A stretch of 32,000 nt of DNA from Pseudomonas aeruginosa (GCF_001457615.1 NZ_LN831024.1:5190001-5222000), one strand, 5' to 3'. Positions 20,764 to 30,571 are shown, counted from the stretch's first letter. Notes: generated by a model from the sequence alone, not told the origin. Made by a program: numbers and translations.

Positions 20764-21540
20764 CTACCAGTAGTTCTCCACCGCCACCTGCCCCGGGCGC
20801 CGCGTCAGACTGAGGTTCATGCCGCGAGCCTTCAGCACGGCGCGGGTGTCCTCGATCATCTGCGGGTTGCCGCAGAGCATCACCCGCGAATGCTCCGGGG
20901 TCAGTTCCAGGTCGGCGGCACGCTCCAGATCGCCGTTCTCGATCAGCGTGGTGATACGTCCGTTCAGGCAACCGGGTACCTGCTCGCGGGTCACCACCGG
21001 AATGAACTGCAGCTTGTGGGCATGCTCGGCCAGGTATTCGCGCTCGGCGAGGCCGGCGATCAGCTCGCGGTAGGCCAGCTCCTTGCTCTCACGCACGCTG
21101 TAGACCAGCTTGATGCTTTCGAAGCGCTCCCAGACTTCGAAGTCCTGCAGGATCGAGACGAACGGCGCCACACCGGTACCGGTGGCCAGCAGCCAAAGGT
21201 CACGACCATCCACGAAGCGGTCGAGGGTGAGGAAGCCGAAGGCCTGGCGATCGACCAGCAACTGGTCGCCCTCGCGCAGGCGGCTGAGTTCGCTGGTGAA
21301 CTCGCCGTCCGGGACGACGATGGAAAAGAAGTCGAGGAATTCGTCATGAGGCGCCGAAACCATCGAGTAGGCGCGCCAGACGATACTGCCGCTGGGCTTG
21401 TACACGCCGAGCCGGGCGAATTGCCCGGCGCGGAACCGGAATCCCGCGTCGCGGCTGGTACGCAGGGTGAACAGGTTGGGAGTCAGAGGCTGCACGTCGA
21501 GCAGCGTCTGGCGGGTGAATTTCTCTTCGCTGGCGGTCAT
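20764..21540 (-). CDS. Ferredoxin--NADP+ reductase (Fpr type)
   Basis: 258 aa MTASEEKFTRQTLLDVQPLTPNLFTLRTSRDAGFRFRAGQFARLGV...RAYSMVSAP (flavin-binding RxYS) ...VMLCGNPQMI... and C-terminal VAVENYW. Confidence 0.93.
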   Translation of the reverse strand: MTASEEKFTRQTLLDVQPLTPNLFTLRTSRDAGFRFRAGQFARLGVYKPSGSIVWRAYSMVSAPHDEFLDFFSIVVPDGEFTSELSRLREGDQLLVDRQAFGFLTLDRFVDGRDLWLLATGTGVAPFVSILQDFEVWERFESIKLVYSVRESKELAYRELIAGLAEREYLAEHAHKLQFIPVVTREQVPGCLNGRITTLIENGDLERAADLELTPEHSRVMLCGNPQMIEDTRAVLKARGMNLSLTRRPGQVAVENYW

Positions 21541-21646
21541 GGTCCGCTCCGGATACCGATACTCCCCTAGTGTCCCGCAAAGCACCCGGGAGAAACACCC
21601 GCAAGGCTTGTGGCTATCCCCGCTGACGGGAATAGCCAGCGGCCGA

Positions 21647-22645
21647 TCAGCGCTTGCGGTTGACCACCTGGGCCGCACGCAGCACGTCACTACCGATCTG
21701 CGCCTCGTAGTTCTTCCACAGCGGCTTCATGGCGTTGCGCCAGGCCTCGTGCTCTTCCGCGCTGAGGCTGACCAGGCGGCTCTTGCCGGCTGCCAGCAGG
21801 TGCTCGCGCTCCTTCTGGTTGAGCGCTTCGGCTTCCTTGTTCACCACCAGGGTGACCTCGTCGACGATGCTCTCCAGTTCGGTGCGGGTCTGGTAGGGAA
21901 TGCCGGTCCAGAACGCCGAACTGGTGATCAGCATGTAGCTGAGCGCGCCGTGATTGGTCTCGGTGATGTACGGCTGCACGCTGTCGATCTTCTGTCCGGC
22001 GAGGTTCGACCAGGTGTTCTCGGTGCCCTGCACGCTGCCGGCCTGCATGGCCTTGAAGGTCTCGGCGTAGGACAACTGCTTGGCGGTGGCGCCGAGCATG
22101 GCGAACTGCGCTTCCAGCACCGACGACGGCTGGATACGGAAGACCAGGCCCTTGGCATCGTCCGGCCGGTGCAGCTCGCGAGTGGCGGAAAGCTGCTTCA
22201 TGCCGTTGTTCCAGTAGGCCAGGCCATAGATACCGTGCTTGGCCATGGAGCGCAGCAGTTCGCGGCTCTTGTCGCGCTTCTGGAAACGCTTCAGGGCCTC
22301 CAGGTCATCGAACAGGAACGGCAGGTCGAACACCTGGAGTTGCTTGGTATAGGGCTCGAACTTGGACAGCGAGGTGGCCAGCATCTGCACCTTGTTGGCG
22401 CGCAGGGCCTCGATCTCGTCGGCGTCGCCGAACAGCGTCGAGTTGGGGTAGACCTCGACCTTGACCTTGCCCGGCAGACGCTCCTCGGCAAGCTTCTTGA
22501 ACAACAGCGCCCCCTTGCCCTTGGGCGTGTCGTCGGAGACCACATGGGAGAACTTGATCACGATCGGGCCGGCGTCCTCGGCATGGGCGACGGCGGAAAC
22601 GGCGAACAGTGCGGCGAGCGCCACACCGACAAACGGCTTGAACAT
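21647..22645 (-). CDS. TRAP transporter substrate-binding protein, DctP family
   Basis: 332 aa with signal peptide MFKPFVGVALAALFAVSAVAHA, then IVIKFSHVVSDDTPKGKGALLFKKLAEERLPGKVKVEVYPNSTLFGDADEIEAL. Confidence 0.94.
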   Translation of the reverse strand: MFKPFVGVALAALFAVSAVAHAEDAGPIVIKFSHVVSDDTPKGKGALLFKKLAEERLPGKVKVEVYPNSTLFGDADEIEALRANKVQMLATSLSKFEPYTKQLQVFDLPFLFDDLEALKRFQKRDKSRELLRSMAKHGIYGLAYWNNGMKQLSATRELHRPDDAKGLVFRIQPSSVLEAQFAMLGATAKQLSYAETFKAMQAGSVQGTENTWSNLAGQKIDSVQPYITETNHGALSYMLITSSAFWTGIPYQTRTELESIVDEVTLVVNKEAEALNQKEREHLLAAGKSRLVSLSAEEHEAWRNAMKPLWKNYEAQIGSDVLRAAQVVNRKR

Positions 22646-22972
22646 CGATGTACCTGTGCGATGGCAACGACGAGCCCCGCGACGGCTCGCACGGGTCTCG
22701 TTCGGGAAACGGGTTGGGTGACGGTCACCGCTCGAAGTGGCGAAGGCGCCCGTCCAGGCGCTACCGGGTCATGACAGGCGCTATCGAAGCCCTAGCCCGG
22801 TTATTATTGGCGTGCCCGGCTGGATGACTCGTCGGTAAGGAAACGACTAACCAGAGCCGGGTAAAGAATTTTTCGGCATATCCGTGTGCCGCACAAGCTG
22901 GAGAACTCCAACCAGCTCTCAGTTTCGACAGATTGTTAATTGACGAGCGGGATTCGCCCCGCCGGGAACCCG

Positions 22973-24097
22973 ATGCCTCTATTCGCCACCCCCTTCGCCC
23001 AGCTCGACCTGGTCCGCCAGCCCGAGCAGGACGGCGAGCCCCTCCAGGCGTTCGATGCCGCCGACGAATACCTGCTCAACCAGTTGCACGAACGGGGCGT
23101 GACGGCGCAATGCCGGGTGCTGGTCCTCAACGACGCCTTCGGCGCCCTCGCCGCGAGCCTGGCGCCGCACGTCCAGGTCACCAGCAGCGGCGATTCGCAC
23201 CTGGGCTTCCTCGCCCTGCGCAAGAACCTCGCGCGCAACGGCCTCGACCTGGGTTCGGTGCGCTTCGTCCCGGCCAGCGAAACCGCCTTGGGGCCCTTCG
23301 ATCACGTGCTGGTCAAGGTGCCGAAGACCCTCGCGTTGCTGGAGGAGCAACTGATCCGCCTGCACGGCCAACTGGCACCGGGCGCGCAGGTCGTCGCCGC
23401 GGGGATGGTCAAGCACTTGCCGCGCGCCGCCGGCGACCTGCTGGAACGCTACATCGGCCCGATGCACGCTTCGCTGGCGGTGAAGAAGGCCCGCCTGCTG
23501 ATCGCCGAGGCAGCGGAGCGCCCGCAGCCGCGCTCGCCCTATCCGACCCGCTATCGCCTGGAGCAGCCCCCGCTGACGCTGCTCAACCACGCCAACGTAT
23601 TCTGCCGGGAGGGTCTCGACATCGGCACCCGCGCCTTCCTCCCGCACCTACCACGCAGCCTCGGCGCGCTACGCGCCGCCGACCTGGGCTGCGGCAACGG
23701 GGTGCTCGGCATCGCCTACGCGCTGCTCAACCCGCAGGCCGAGCTGACCCTGGTGGATGAGTCGTACATGGCCGTGCAGTCGGCGCGGGAAAACTGGCGA
23801 GCGGCGCTGGGCGAGCGGCCGGCGACGTTCCGCGCCGACGATGGCCTGGCCGGCCAGGCGGCGGGCTCGCTGGACCTGGTCCTGTGCAACCCGCCGTTCC
23901 ACCAGCAGCAGGTGGTCGGCGACTTCCTCGCCTGGCGCATGTTTCTCCAGGCTCGCGATGCCCTGGCGGCGGGCGGCGAACTGTGGATCGTCGGCAACCG
24001 CCACCTGGGCTACCACGCCAAGCTCAAGCGGCTGTTCCGCGGGGTCGAGCAGGTTGCGGCGAATCCGAAGTTCGTGATCCTGAAAGCGGGAAAATAG
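22973..24097 (+). CDS. rRNA (guanine-N2)-methyltransferase, RlmG/RsmC-like
   Basis: 374 aa from MPLFATPFAQLDLVRQPEQDG. SAM-binding motif AADLGCGNGVLGIAYALLNPQAELTLVDES and catalytic NPPF motif LVLCNPPFHQQ. Confidence 0.9.
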   Translation: MPLFATPFAQLDLVRQPEQDGEPLQAFDAADEYLLNQLHERGVTAQCRVLVLNDAFGALAASLAPHVQVTSSGDSHLGFLALRKNLARNGLDLGSVRFVPASETALGPFDHVLVKVPKTLALLEEQLIRLHGQLAPGAQVVAAGMVKHLPRAAGDLLERYIGPMHASLAVKKARLLIAEAAERPQPRSPYPTRYRLEQPPLTLLNHANVFCREGLDIGTRAFLPHLPRSLGALRAADLGCGNGVLGIAYALLNPQAELTLVDESYMAVQSARENWRAALGERPATFRADDGLAGQAAGSLDLVLCNPPFHQQQVVGDFLAWRMFLQARDALAAGGELWIVGNRHLGYHAKLKRLFRGVEQVAANPKFVILKAGK

Positions 24098-24673
24098 TCA
24101 GCCGAGCGCCGCCGGGGTGTCCACGTCGCGGAGTACGCCCGGATCGTCGCACGGCACCTCGCACCAGGCCGGACGATGGGCCTGCAGCACACGGCGCGCG
24201 CCCTGGTCGCCGTCCAGTTGCGCAAGCGCGTCCCAGAAAGCGCGGCCGAACAGCACCGGATGGCCGCGCTGACCGTCGTACAGGGGAAACACGATGGCTT
24301 CGGGAGTGGCCATCGCGGCCAGACGCTCGAGGGTATCGGCGGCGATCCAGGGCATGTCGCCGAGCAGGACGGCGATGGCCCGGGCCGTGCTGTTCCTCGC
24401 CGCCGCGACGCCGGCGGCCAGGCTGTGGCCCATGCCCAACGATGCATCGAGGCTGTGGACAAGCCGCTGCTGCGCCGGCAGGCCCAGGCTCGCCGGGGTG
24501 TCTCCGGCACGCACCACCACCCGCACCTCGGCGAACGCCTCGCGCGCCCGCGCCACGCTGGCCGCCAGCAGGGTCGTGCCATCAGCCAGGCGCGCCAGGC
24601 GCTTGTCGCTGCCGAAGCGGCGCCCCTGCCCGGCCGCCAGGACCAGGCACAGCACCTCGTCGGCGGCGACCAT
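24098..24673 (-). CDS. MobA/MocA-like nucleotidyltransferase, putative molybdenum cofactor cytidylyltransferase
   Basis: 191 aa, LVLAAGQGRRFGSDKRLARLADGTTLL NTP-transferase motif. Overlaps the XdhC-like stop codon in a Mo-hydroxylase operon. Confidence 0.85.
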   Translation of the reverse strand: MVAADEVLCLVLAAGQGRRFGSDKRLARLADGTTLLAASVARAREAFAEVRVVVRAGDTPASLGLPAQQRLVHSLDASLGMGHSLAAGVAAARNSTARAIAVLLGDMPWIAADTLERLAAMATPEAIVFPLYDGQRGHPVLFGRAFWDALAQLDGDQGARRVLQAHRPAWCEVPCDDPGVLRDVDTPAALG

Positions 24674-25644
24674 CAGAGCCGCTCGCGGGGAATGCCGTTG
24701 CGGATGCGGAGAATGTCCGCCAGCACCGCCAGGGCGATTTCCGCCGGCGTCTTGCTACCCAGGTTGAGGCCGATCGGCGCGTGGATCCGCGCCAGTTCGG
24801 CATCGCCCAGGCCGCCGATGCGCCGCAGGCGCTCGAAGCGTTTCTCCGAGGTCGCCCGCGATCCCATCACGCCGATATAGAAGGCTTCGGTACGCACCGC
24901 CTCGAGCATCGCCAGGTCGTCGATCTTCGGATCGTGGGTCAACGCCACCACCGCCGTATCGGCGTGGCAACCGCCGTCGGCGATGAACAGCGAGGGCAGC
25001 TCGCGACGGATCTCGATGCCCTCCAGCACCACGCCGCGCAAGGCTTCTTCGCGCGGGTCGCAGAGGATCACCTCGAAGCCCAGGCCCTTGCCGAACTCGG
25101 CGCAGGCATGGGCGACGCTGGAATAGCCGGCCAGCAGCAGGCGCTGGGCAGCGCCGACGCGCAAGCGCACGCACTCGCCGTCGCGTTCAGCCCGAGGGCC
25201 GTGGCTGGAATCGTCGCGCAGGCTGCGCGCGCCGCTGCCCAGCTCGACCTCGCGCAGCAGGCGGCGCTGACCAAGCAACGCCGACTCCAGCTCGCGCAGA
25301 TGGGCCTGGACATCGCAGTCCGGCGCCAGGTTTTCCACCAGTACGTCGAGGATGCCGCCGCAGGGCAGGCGGATGTTCGAGTTCGGGTCGTCGCCCTCGC
25401 CGTAGCGCACGATCACCGCGGGATCGGGGAAACCGCCGGCGGCGACCCGCTCGAGGAAATCATCCTCGACGCAGCCGCCGGACAGCGAGCCGATCCATTC
25501 ACCGCTGGCGTTCACCGCCAGCAGCGATCCCGGCGCGCGGGGCGCCGAGCCGTAGGTCGTGAGCACGGTACAGAACCACACCCGTTCGCCGCCCACGGAC
25601 CACTTCAGCGCCTTGCGGACCACCTGTAGATCGAGGTGTTGCAC
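24673..25644 (-). CDS. XdhC/CoxI family molybdoenzyme maturation factor
   Basis: 323 aa with probable GTG start. VLTTYGSAPRAPGSLLAVNASGEWIGSLSGGCVEDDFLERV and YIGVMGSRATSEKRFERLRRIG are XdhC hallmarks. Confidence 0.9.
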   Translation of the reverse strand: MQHLDLQVVRKALKWSVGGERVWFCTVLTTYGSAPRAPGSLLAVNASGEWIGSLSGGCVEDDFLERVAAGGFPDPAVIVRYGEGDDPNSNIRLPCGGILDVLVENLAPDCDVQAHLRELESALLGQRRLLREVELGSGARSLRDDSSHGPRAERDGECVRLRVGAAQRLLLAGYSSVAHACAEFGKGLGFEVILCDPREEALRGVVLEGIEIRRELPSLFIADGGCHADTAVVALTHDPKIDDLAMLEAVRTEAFYIGVMGSRATSEKRFERLRRIGGLGDAELARIHAPIGLNLGSKTPAEIALAVLADILRIRNGIPRERL

Positions 25645-25647
25645 GAT

Positions 25648-26895
25648 TCACTTCACCTTGACGGTATGCGCCGAAGCGCTCTCCATCTTCAATTGCGCGA
25701 CCTGTTGGGGACCGAGGTCACCGGGCAATCCGCCCCAGGTCTGACGCAGGTAGTTGAGCAGGTCCGTGAGTTGCTCGTCGTCGAGTTTCCCGGCGAAACC
25801 GGGCATCGGTTGCATGCGTTCGAAGCCGGTGAACTGCTGTTCGACGATGCCGTCTTCGATCACTCGCAACAGATTACGCGGGTCTTGCAGGCGCAGGGTA
25901 GTGTTGCCGTTCATCGCCACCGCGATATGCGGCTTGCCCTCGCCTTCGCCGCCGTGGCAGCCGGCGCAGACGTTGAGGTACTGCTGGCGACCGCGCTTGC
26001 CGCTGTCGTTCAGCTGCGCCTCGGGCAGCGCCTGGACCACCTTGGCCGGCGGCGGCTGGTCGCCGAGCAGGTAGGTGGCCATGGCTGCCAGGTCGCTGTC
26101 GTCGAGGTGCTGGGTGCTGTGGTGCACCACCGGGAACATCTCGTTGAACATGCTGCCCTGGGCGCTCATGCCGTGCTTGAGGAAGCTCGCCAGGTCCGGC
26201 TGGGTCCAACCGCGCGCGGCAAGGTCGCCGGGCAGCAGGCTGGGCGCCAGGTAGCCGTTGAGCAGGCCGCCGCTCAGGCGCTTGTCCTGCTCCAGGGCGC
26301 CGGCCAGGTTGCGCGGGGTATGGCACTCGCCGCAGTGGCCGAGCACCTCGACCATGTACTGCCCGCGCTTCCAGGCCTCGCTGCGCCCTTCCTCCGGCTG
26401 CAAGCGCACGCTCTTGCCGTAGAGCAGGCTCCAGCCGGCCAGGCCCATGCGCACGTTGAACGGGAAGCTCAGGCTGGTCTGCGGCGCCGGCCGGGCGATC
26501 GGCTCCTGGGCCATCAGGTAGGCGTAGATGGCGTCGGCATCCTCGCGCTCGATCAGGTGATAGGAGGTGTAGGGCATCGCCGGATAGAGGTAGGCGCCGT
26601 CCTTGCGCTTGCCCTCGGTAAGAGCGGCGAAGAACTCGTCGGCGCTGTAGGCGCCGATGCCGTGTTCCTTGTCCGGGGTGATGTTGGTGCCGTAGATGGT
26701 GCCGAACGGCGACTGGATCGGCAGCCCGCCGGCGAACGGCGCGCCGCCCTCGGCGGTATGGCAGGCCATGCAGTCGGCGGCGCGGGCGAGGTATTCGCCG
26801 CGCTTGACCAGCGCCGCGTCGGCGCCGGCGGCGGAGGCCAGGAACGGCGACAGCGCGGCCAGCGCCAGGGCGAGGCCGGAAAGGGTCCGCTTCAT
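25648..26895 (-). CDS. Tri-heme c-type cytochrome subunit of a membrane/periplasmic dehydrogenase
   Basis: 415 aa from MKRTLSGLALALAALSPFLASAA (signal) with three CxxCH motifs: CMACH, CGECH, CAGCH. Confidence 0.93.
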   Translation of the reverse strand: MKRTLSGLALALAALSPFLASAAGADAALVKRGEYLARAADCMACHTAEGGAPFAGGLPIQSPFGTIYGTNITPDKEHGIGAYSADEFFAALTEGKRKDGAYLYPAMPYTSYHLIEREDADAIYAYLMAQEPIARPAPQTSLSFPFNVRMGLAGWSLLYGKSVRLQPEEGRSEAWKRGQYMVEVLGHCGECHTPRNLAGALEQDKRLSGGLLNGYLAPSLLPGDLAARGWTQPDLASFLKHGMSAQGSMFNEMFPVVHHSTQHLDDSDLAAMATYLLGDQPPPAKVVQALPEAQLNDSGKRGRQQYLNVCAGCHGGEGEGKPHIAVAMNGNTTLRLQDPRNLLRVIEDGIVEQQFTGFERMQPMPGFAGKLDDEQLTDLLNYLRQTWGGLPGDLGPQQVAQLKMESASAHTVKVK

Positions 26896-26897
26896 CC

Positions 26898-27437
26898 TCA
26901 AGCCTCCTTGACCAGGCCGAGTTCGTCGAGCACGTCGCGGGTGGCGCTGTAGTAGCGCACGTAGCCGGTGCAACGGCAGATGTGATGGCCGAGGCTGTCC
27001 TCGATCGCCTGCTCCAGCTCGCTGCGCTTGATCGGCTGGCGCTGGGCTTTTTCCACCAGCACGGTGGCGGCGTTGACGAAGCCCGGCGCGCAATAGCTGC
27101 ACTGGAAGGCGAACTGGTCGACGAACTTCTGCTGGATCGGGTTCAGCTCGCGGATGTCGCCATTCTCGTCGCGCTGGGCATGGCCCTCGATGGTGCGAAC
27201 CTTCTTGCCGTCGAAGTAGTGCGCGCCGGTGATGCAGGTGCGCACTTCCTCGCTGGTGCCGTCCGGATTGTCGACGATCACCACGCAGGCATGGCAGATG
27301 CCCTGGCCACAGCCCAGGCGCGAGCCGGTGAGGTTCTGGTATTCGTGCAGGTAGTCGATCATCGGCAGGTCTTCGGCGACCTCCACCGGACCGACGGCTT
27401 GACCGTTGAGGGTCATCTGGAGCTTGCGGTTAGCCAT
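26898..27437 (-). CDS. (2Fe-2S)-binding small subunit of xanthine oxidase-family Mo hydroxylase
   Basis: 179 aa with plant-type Fe-S motif GSRLGCGQGICHACVV and second cluster motif CSYCAPGF...GHHICRCTGY. Confidence 0.95.
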   Translation of the reverse strand: MANRKLQMTLNGQAVGPVEVAEDLPMIDYLHEYQNLTGSRLGCGQGICHACVVIVDNPDGTSEEVRTCITGAHYFDGKKVRTIEGHAQRDENGDIRELNPIQQKFVDQFAFQCSYCAPGFVNAATVLVEKAQRQPIKRSELEQAIEDSLGHHICRCTGYVRYYSATRDVLDELGLVKEA

Positions 27438-30261
27438 GGAGGGCCTCCTTGATGCGGGCGGGAGTGATGGGCAGGTCGCGGACGCGCTTGCCGGTGGCGT
27501 GCGCCACGGCGTTGGCGATGGCGCCGACCACCGGGATCATCACCACCTCGGCGATGCCTTTGGCCGGATCGGTCGGCGACAGCGGCGGGAGGATCTCCGC
27601 CGTCTGGTTCCAAACCGCCACGTCCTTCGCCCGCGGCAACCGGTAGCGGTTGAAGTTCCAGTCCCCTTCCGCGGGGCCGCCCTCGTAGAGCGGCATTTCC
27701 TCCAGCAGCGCATGGCCGATACCCATGGCGATGCCGCCCTCCAGCTGGCCCTTGACCAGCTCCGGCACCAGCACCCGGCCGCACTCGATCCAGGAATGGT
27801 GGTCGAGCACCTGCACCTCGCCGCTGCCCTTGTTCACCTTCAGCTCGACCAGGGTCGCCACCGGACTGTAGTAGGTGACCATCGCGTTGTTCAGCTGGGT
27901 CGCCGGATAAGCCGGATTCTGCCGGTCGAGCAGGTGGAAGCCGGCGCTGTTCATCATCGCCTTCTTCACTCCCGGCGCGCCGTCGCCGTACTTCACCGCC
28001 ATGGCGTCGAGCGGCAGGCGCTCGCGCACGCCATCGATGACGAAGTCCGCCTCGGCCCAGCTCCAGCGGTTGAAGCCGTGGACGCTGACGCCGGTGACCA
28101 GGCCCATCTCGTGGGCCTTCTTCGCCAGCTCGGCGAAGGGAATCGGCGCCAGGCCGTTGCCGGTCAACTGGCCGTCGACCCATACCGCGTTTTCGCGGCG
28201 CACCACATAGGGATTGGCCTGGCCGCCGAACGGACCGCTGCGCCACAGCTCCAGGGCCGCCGGCCACAGGCCGTGGTTGAACAGCACGCGCGCGGCTTCG
28301 CGGGTGGCGTGGCTGAAATAGAACGCCGAGTTGGTCGCCGACGACGGCGAGGCCAGCTTGCCGACCCAGCGCGGATCGCGTAGCGCGGCGTCCTGCTCGG
28401 CCTGGCTCATCAGGTAGGGATTGCCCTTGGTGGTGAGCCGCAGCTCGGGCCATTCGGTCTCGGCGGTCTTCACCTCGTCCGCCGGACGGCCGAGGAAGTC
28501 GCCGACCACGAAGGCCTGCGAGGTGGACATCCCGGTACCGATCTCGGTGCCGATGTGGCGCAGGCTGATGCGCCCGTCGGCGCTGAACTCGATGCTCGCC
28601 ATCGGCGCCTCGGCGCCGGTGCCGAAGTCCTTCTGGCAAATGGCGAAGCCGACCCCATACCAGTTGTCCGGGTCTTCCGCGTCGAAGCGCTTCTTGCGTG
28701 CGTCGCGGTCCTTCCAGACCTCGTGGGCAGCGGCCTTGTCGAGGATCTCGTGCAGGCGCAGGGCACCGGCCGGGACCGCGCCCTGGGTGTTCTTCATGCC
28801 CGAGCGCAGGGCGTTGCGACGACGCAGGTCGATGGCGTCGACGCCCAGCCGGCCAGCGATCTCGTCGACCATCATCTCGGTCGCGGCCATGGTCTGCAGG
28901 GTACCGTAGCCGCGCATCGAGCCGGCCTCCACGCCGCGCGAATGATAGGCGGTGACCGCCAGGTCGTTCTGCGGCATGTAGTAGATCGACTGCGCGGCGG
29001 TGGCGCCCACCGCCGCCACCGAGGCGCTGTAGTTGGCGCGCCCGCCGCCGTCGGCGCTCATGTCGGCGCGGAAGATGCGGAAGCCGAGGTCGTTCCTGTC
29101 TACCGCCAGTTGGTAGCGGATGTCGAACGGGTGGCGCTTGATGCCGCTCTGGAACTGCTCGTAGCGGTCGTTGGCCAGGCGCACCGGCACACCCTCGCCA
29201 TACAGCGCGGCGAGCGCGGCATAGAAGACGAAGATGTTGTTGTCCTTGGAGCCGTAGCCGACGGTATAGCCCGGATGGATGTTGAACTTCTCCAGGGCGA
29301 AGCGCGACGGCTTGATCATGTGCACGCTTTCGTAGGCGACTTCGAACGGGCACTGGGTGGCGACCACGAAGTGCAAGGTCTTGCTCGCCGCGTCGTACCA
29401 GCCGTTGCCGTTGTCCGGCTCCAGTGCCGCCGGCTCGATCGATGGGGTCTTGTAGCGCTCGTCGAAGACCAGCCAGTCCTGCGGCGGGTTTTCCAGTTGC
29501 TCGGCCATGCGCTTGGCATGGAACAGCCCCTGCTCGGTGAGGTCGCCGTGCAGCTTCGGCTCGCTGGTCCATACCGGTTTGCGGTTGAGGATGGTGGGGA
29601 ACAGCATCGAGTCCTTCAGGCTGGAGAACTCGTCGTCCTCGTAGGGCGTCTTGCCGCCGACCCGGACGAAGCGATAGCTGCCGTAGGGATCGCCCTGGTA
29701 CAGCGGGGCCTGGGCGCCATAGCGGATCGCCTTGTCGTTGAACTTGAGCTTGAGCTTGGCCCGGCGGAAGCGCTCGAAGTCGTTCCAGATCAGGATCGCC
29801 ACCGGATGGCCGATGAACATCGGCACCTTGCCCGGCGGCAGGAGCGGATCGGGCGAATGCGCCTCGGGGAAGACGATGCCGTCCTTCTCCAGGTCGGCGG
29901 CGGTGACGATACGGTCCGGCTGCAACTCGGCGCCCAGCCAGGAAAGGTCGTGGCCTTCGTAGATGCGGTCGGCGCGAACGGTCTTCAGCAACATGGCGTG
30001 GCCTTGCTGCTGCGGCCAGCCGGGCATGTCCCTGGCGCGGATATCGCGGGCGAACACCTTGTTGCCGCAGACCTTGGACAAGGCGTCGTTACGGAAACGG
30101 ACCTGACCGTTGCCCGCCATCCAGCGCTGGGCGGAAACGGTCACCTGGTTCTCGAACAAGGCAGCGAACGCCTGGCTGCCGAGCGGCGCCAGGGTGACAC
30201 CCACGCCGGCGATCAACCCGCCCTGGAGAAAGGCGCGCCGGGATATATCACGGTTGGACAT
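27430..30261 (-). CDS. Molybdopterin-binding large subunit, xanthine oxidase/aldehyde or isoquinoline oxidoreductase family, Tat-exported
   Basis: 943 aa from MSNRDISRRAFLQGGLIAGVGVTLAPLGSQAF (Tat-like RRAFLQ). C-terminal KGIAEVVMIPVVGAIANAVAHATGKRVRDLPITPARI. Overlaps the Fe-S subunit start by 8 bp. Confidence 0.93.
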   Translation of the reverse strand: MSNRDISRRAFLQGGLIAGVGVTLAPLGSQAFAALFENQVTVSAQRWMAGNGQVRFRNDALSKVCGNKVFARDIRARDMPGWPQQQGHAMLLKTVRADRIYEGHDLSWLGAELQPDRIVTAADLEKDGIVFPEAHSPDPLLPPGKVPMFIGHPVAILIWNDFERFRRAKLKLKFNDKAIRYGAQAPLYQGDPYGSYRFVRVGGKTPYEDDEFSSLKDSMLFPTILNRKPVWTSEPKLHGDLTEQGLFHAKRMAEQLENPPQDWLVFDERYKTPSIEPAALEPDNGNGWYDAASKTLHFVVATQCPFEVAYESVHMIKPSRFALEKFNIHPGYTVGYGSKDNNIFVFYAALAALYGEGVPVRLANDRYEQFQSGIKRHPFDIRYQLAVDRNDLGFRIFRADMSADGGGRANYSASVAAVGATAAQSIYYMPQNDLAVTAYHSRGVEAGSMRGYGTLQTMAATEMMVDEIAGRLGVDAIDLRRRNALRSGMKNTQGAVPAGALRLHEILDKAAAHEVWKDRDARKKRFDAEDPDNWYGVGFAICQKDFGTGAEAPMASIEFSADGRISLRHIGTEIGTGMSTSQAFVVGDFLGRPADEVKTAETEWPELRLTTKGNPYLMSQAEQDAALRDPRWVGKLASPSSATNSAFYFSHATREAARVLFNHGLWPAALELWRSGPFGGQANPYVVRRENAVWVDGQLTGNGLAPIPFAELAKKAHEMGLVTGVSVHGFNRWSWAEADFVIDGVRERLPLDAMAVKYGDGAPGVKKAMMNSAGFHLLDRQNPAYPATQLNNAMVTYYSPVATLVELKVNKGSGEVQVLDHHSWIECGRVLVPELVKGQLEGGIAMGIGHALLEEMPLYEGGPAEGDWNFNRYRLPRAKDVAVWNQTAEILPPLSPTDPAKGIAEVVMIPVVGAIANAVAHATGKRVRDLPITPARIKEALHG

Positions 30262-30571
30262 GCAAGTTCCTCTGGGTGGTACGGTTCCCACCCATGTCGT
30301 TATTCAGGCTTGAACAGCTCGTCCGGACGGACGAGGTGGAGCACGCAGGCGGAAAAACCTGACTCAGGAGTTAATTTTAGCGACAAGTCGCACCCGAGGA
30401 AAAGTCCCGTCTACCGCTGGAAGGACCCATGGACACTCGACTTTGGTCGCCTGCCAGGCCGGCTCCAACCTTTTCGTGCGCTTCTCTGAATCTTCGATTT
30501 CGGCAATGGCAACAGCCAAGAGGTAACCACATGTTACTCTCCGCCCTCCTCTCGAAACGCCCGACCCCAGC

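Noticed and set aside
28555-30489. 644-aa plus-strand ORF opposite the Mo-hydroxylase large subunit
   Set aside because: Antisense shadow. The minus strand carries a recognisable Tat leader and xanthine oxidase-family features.
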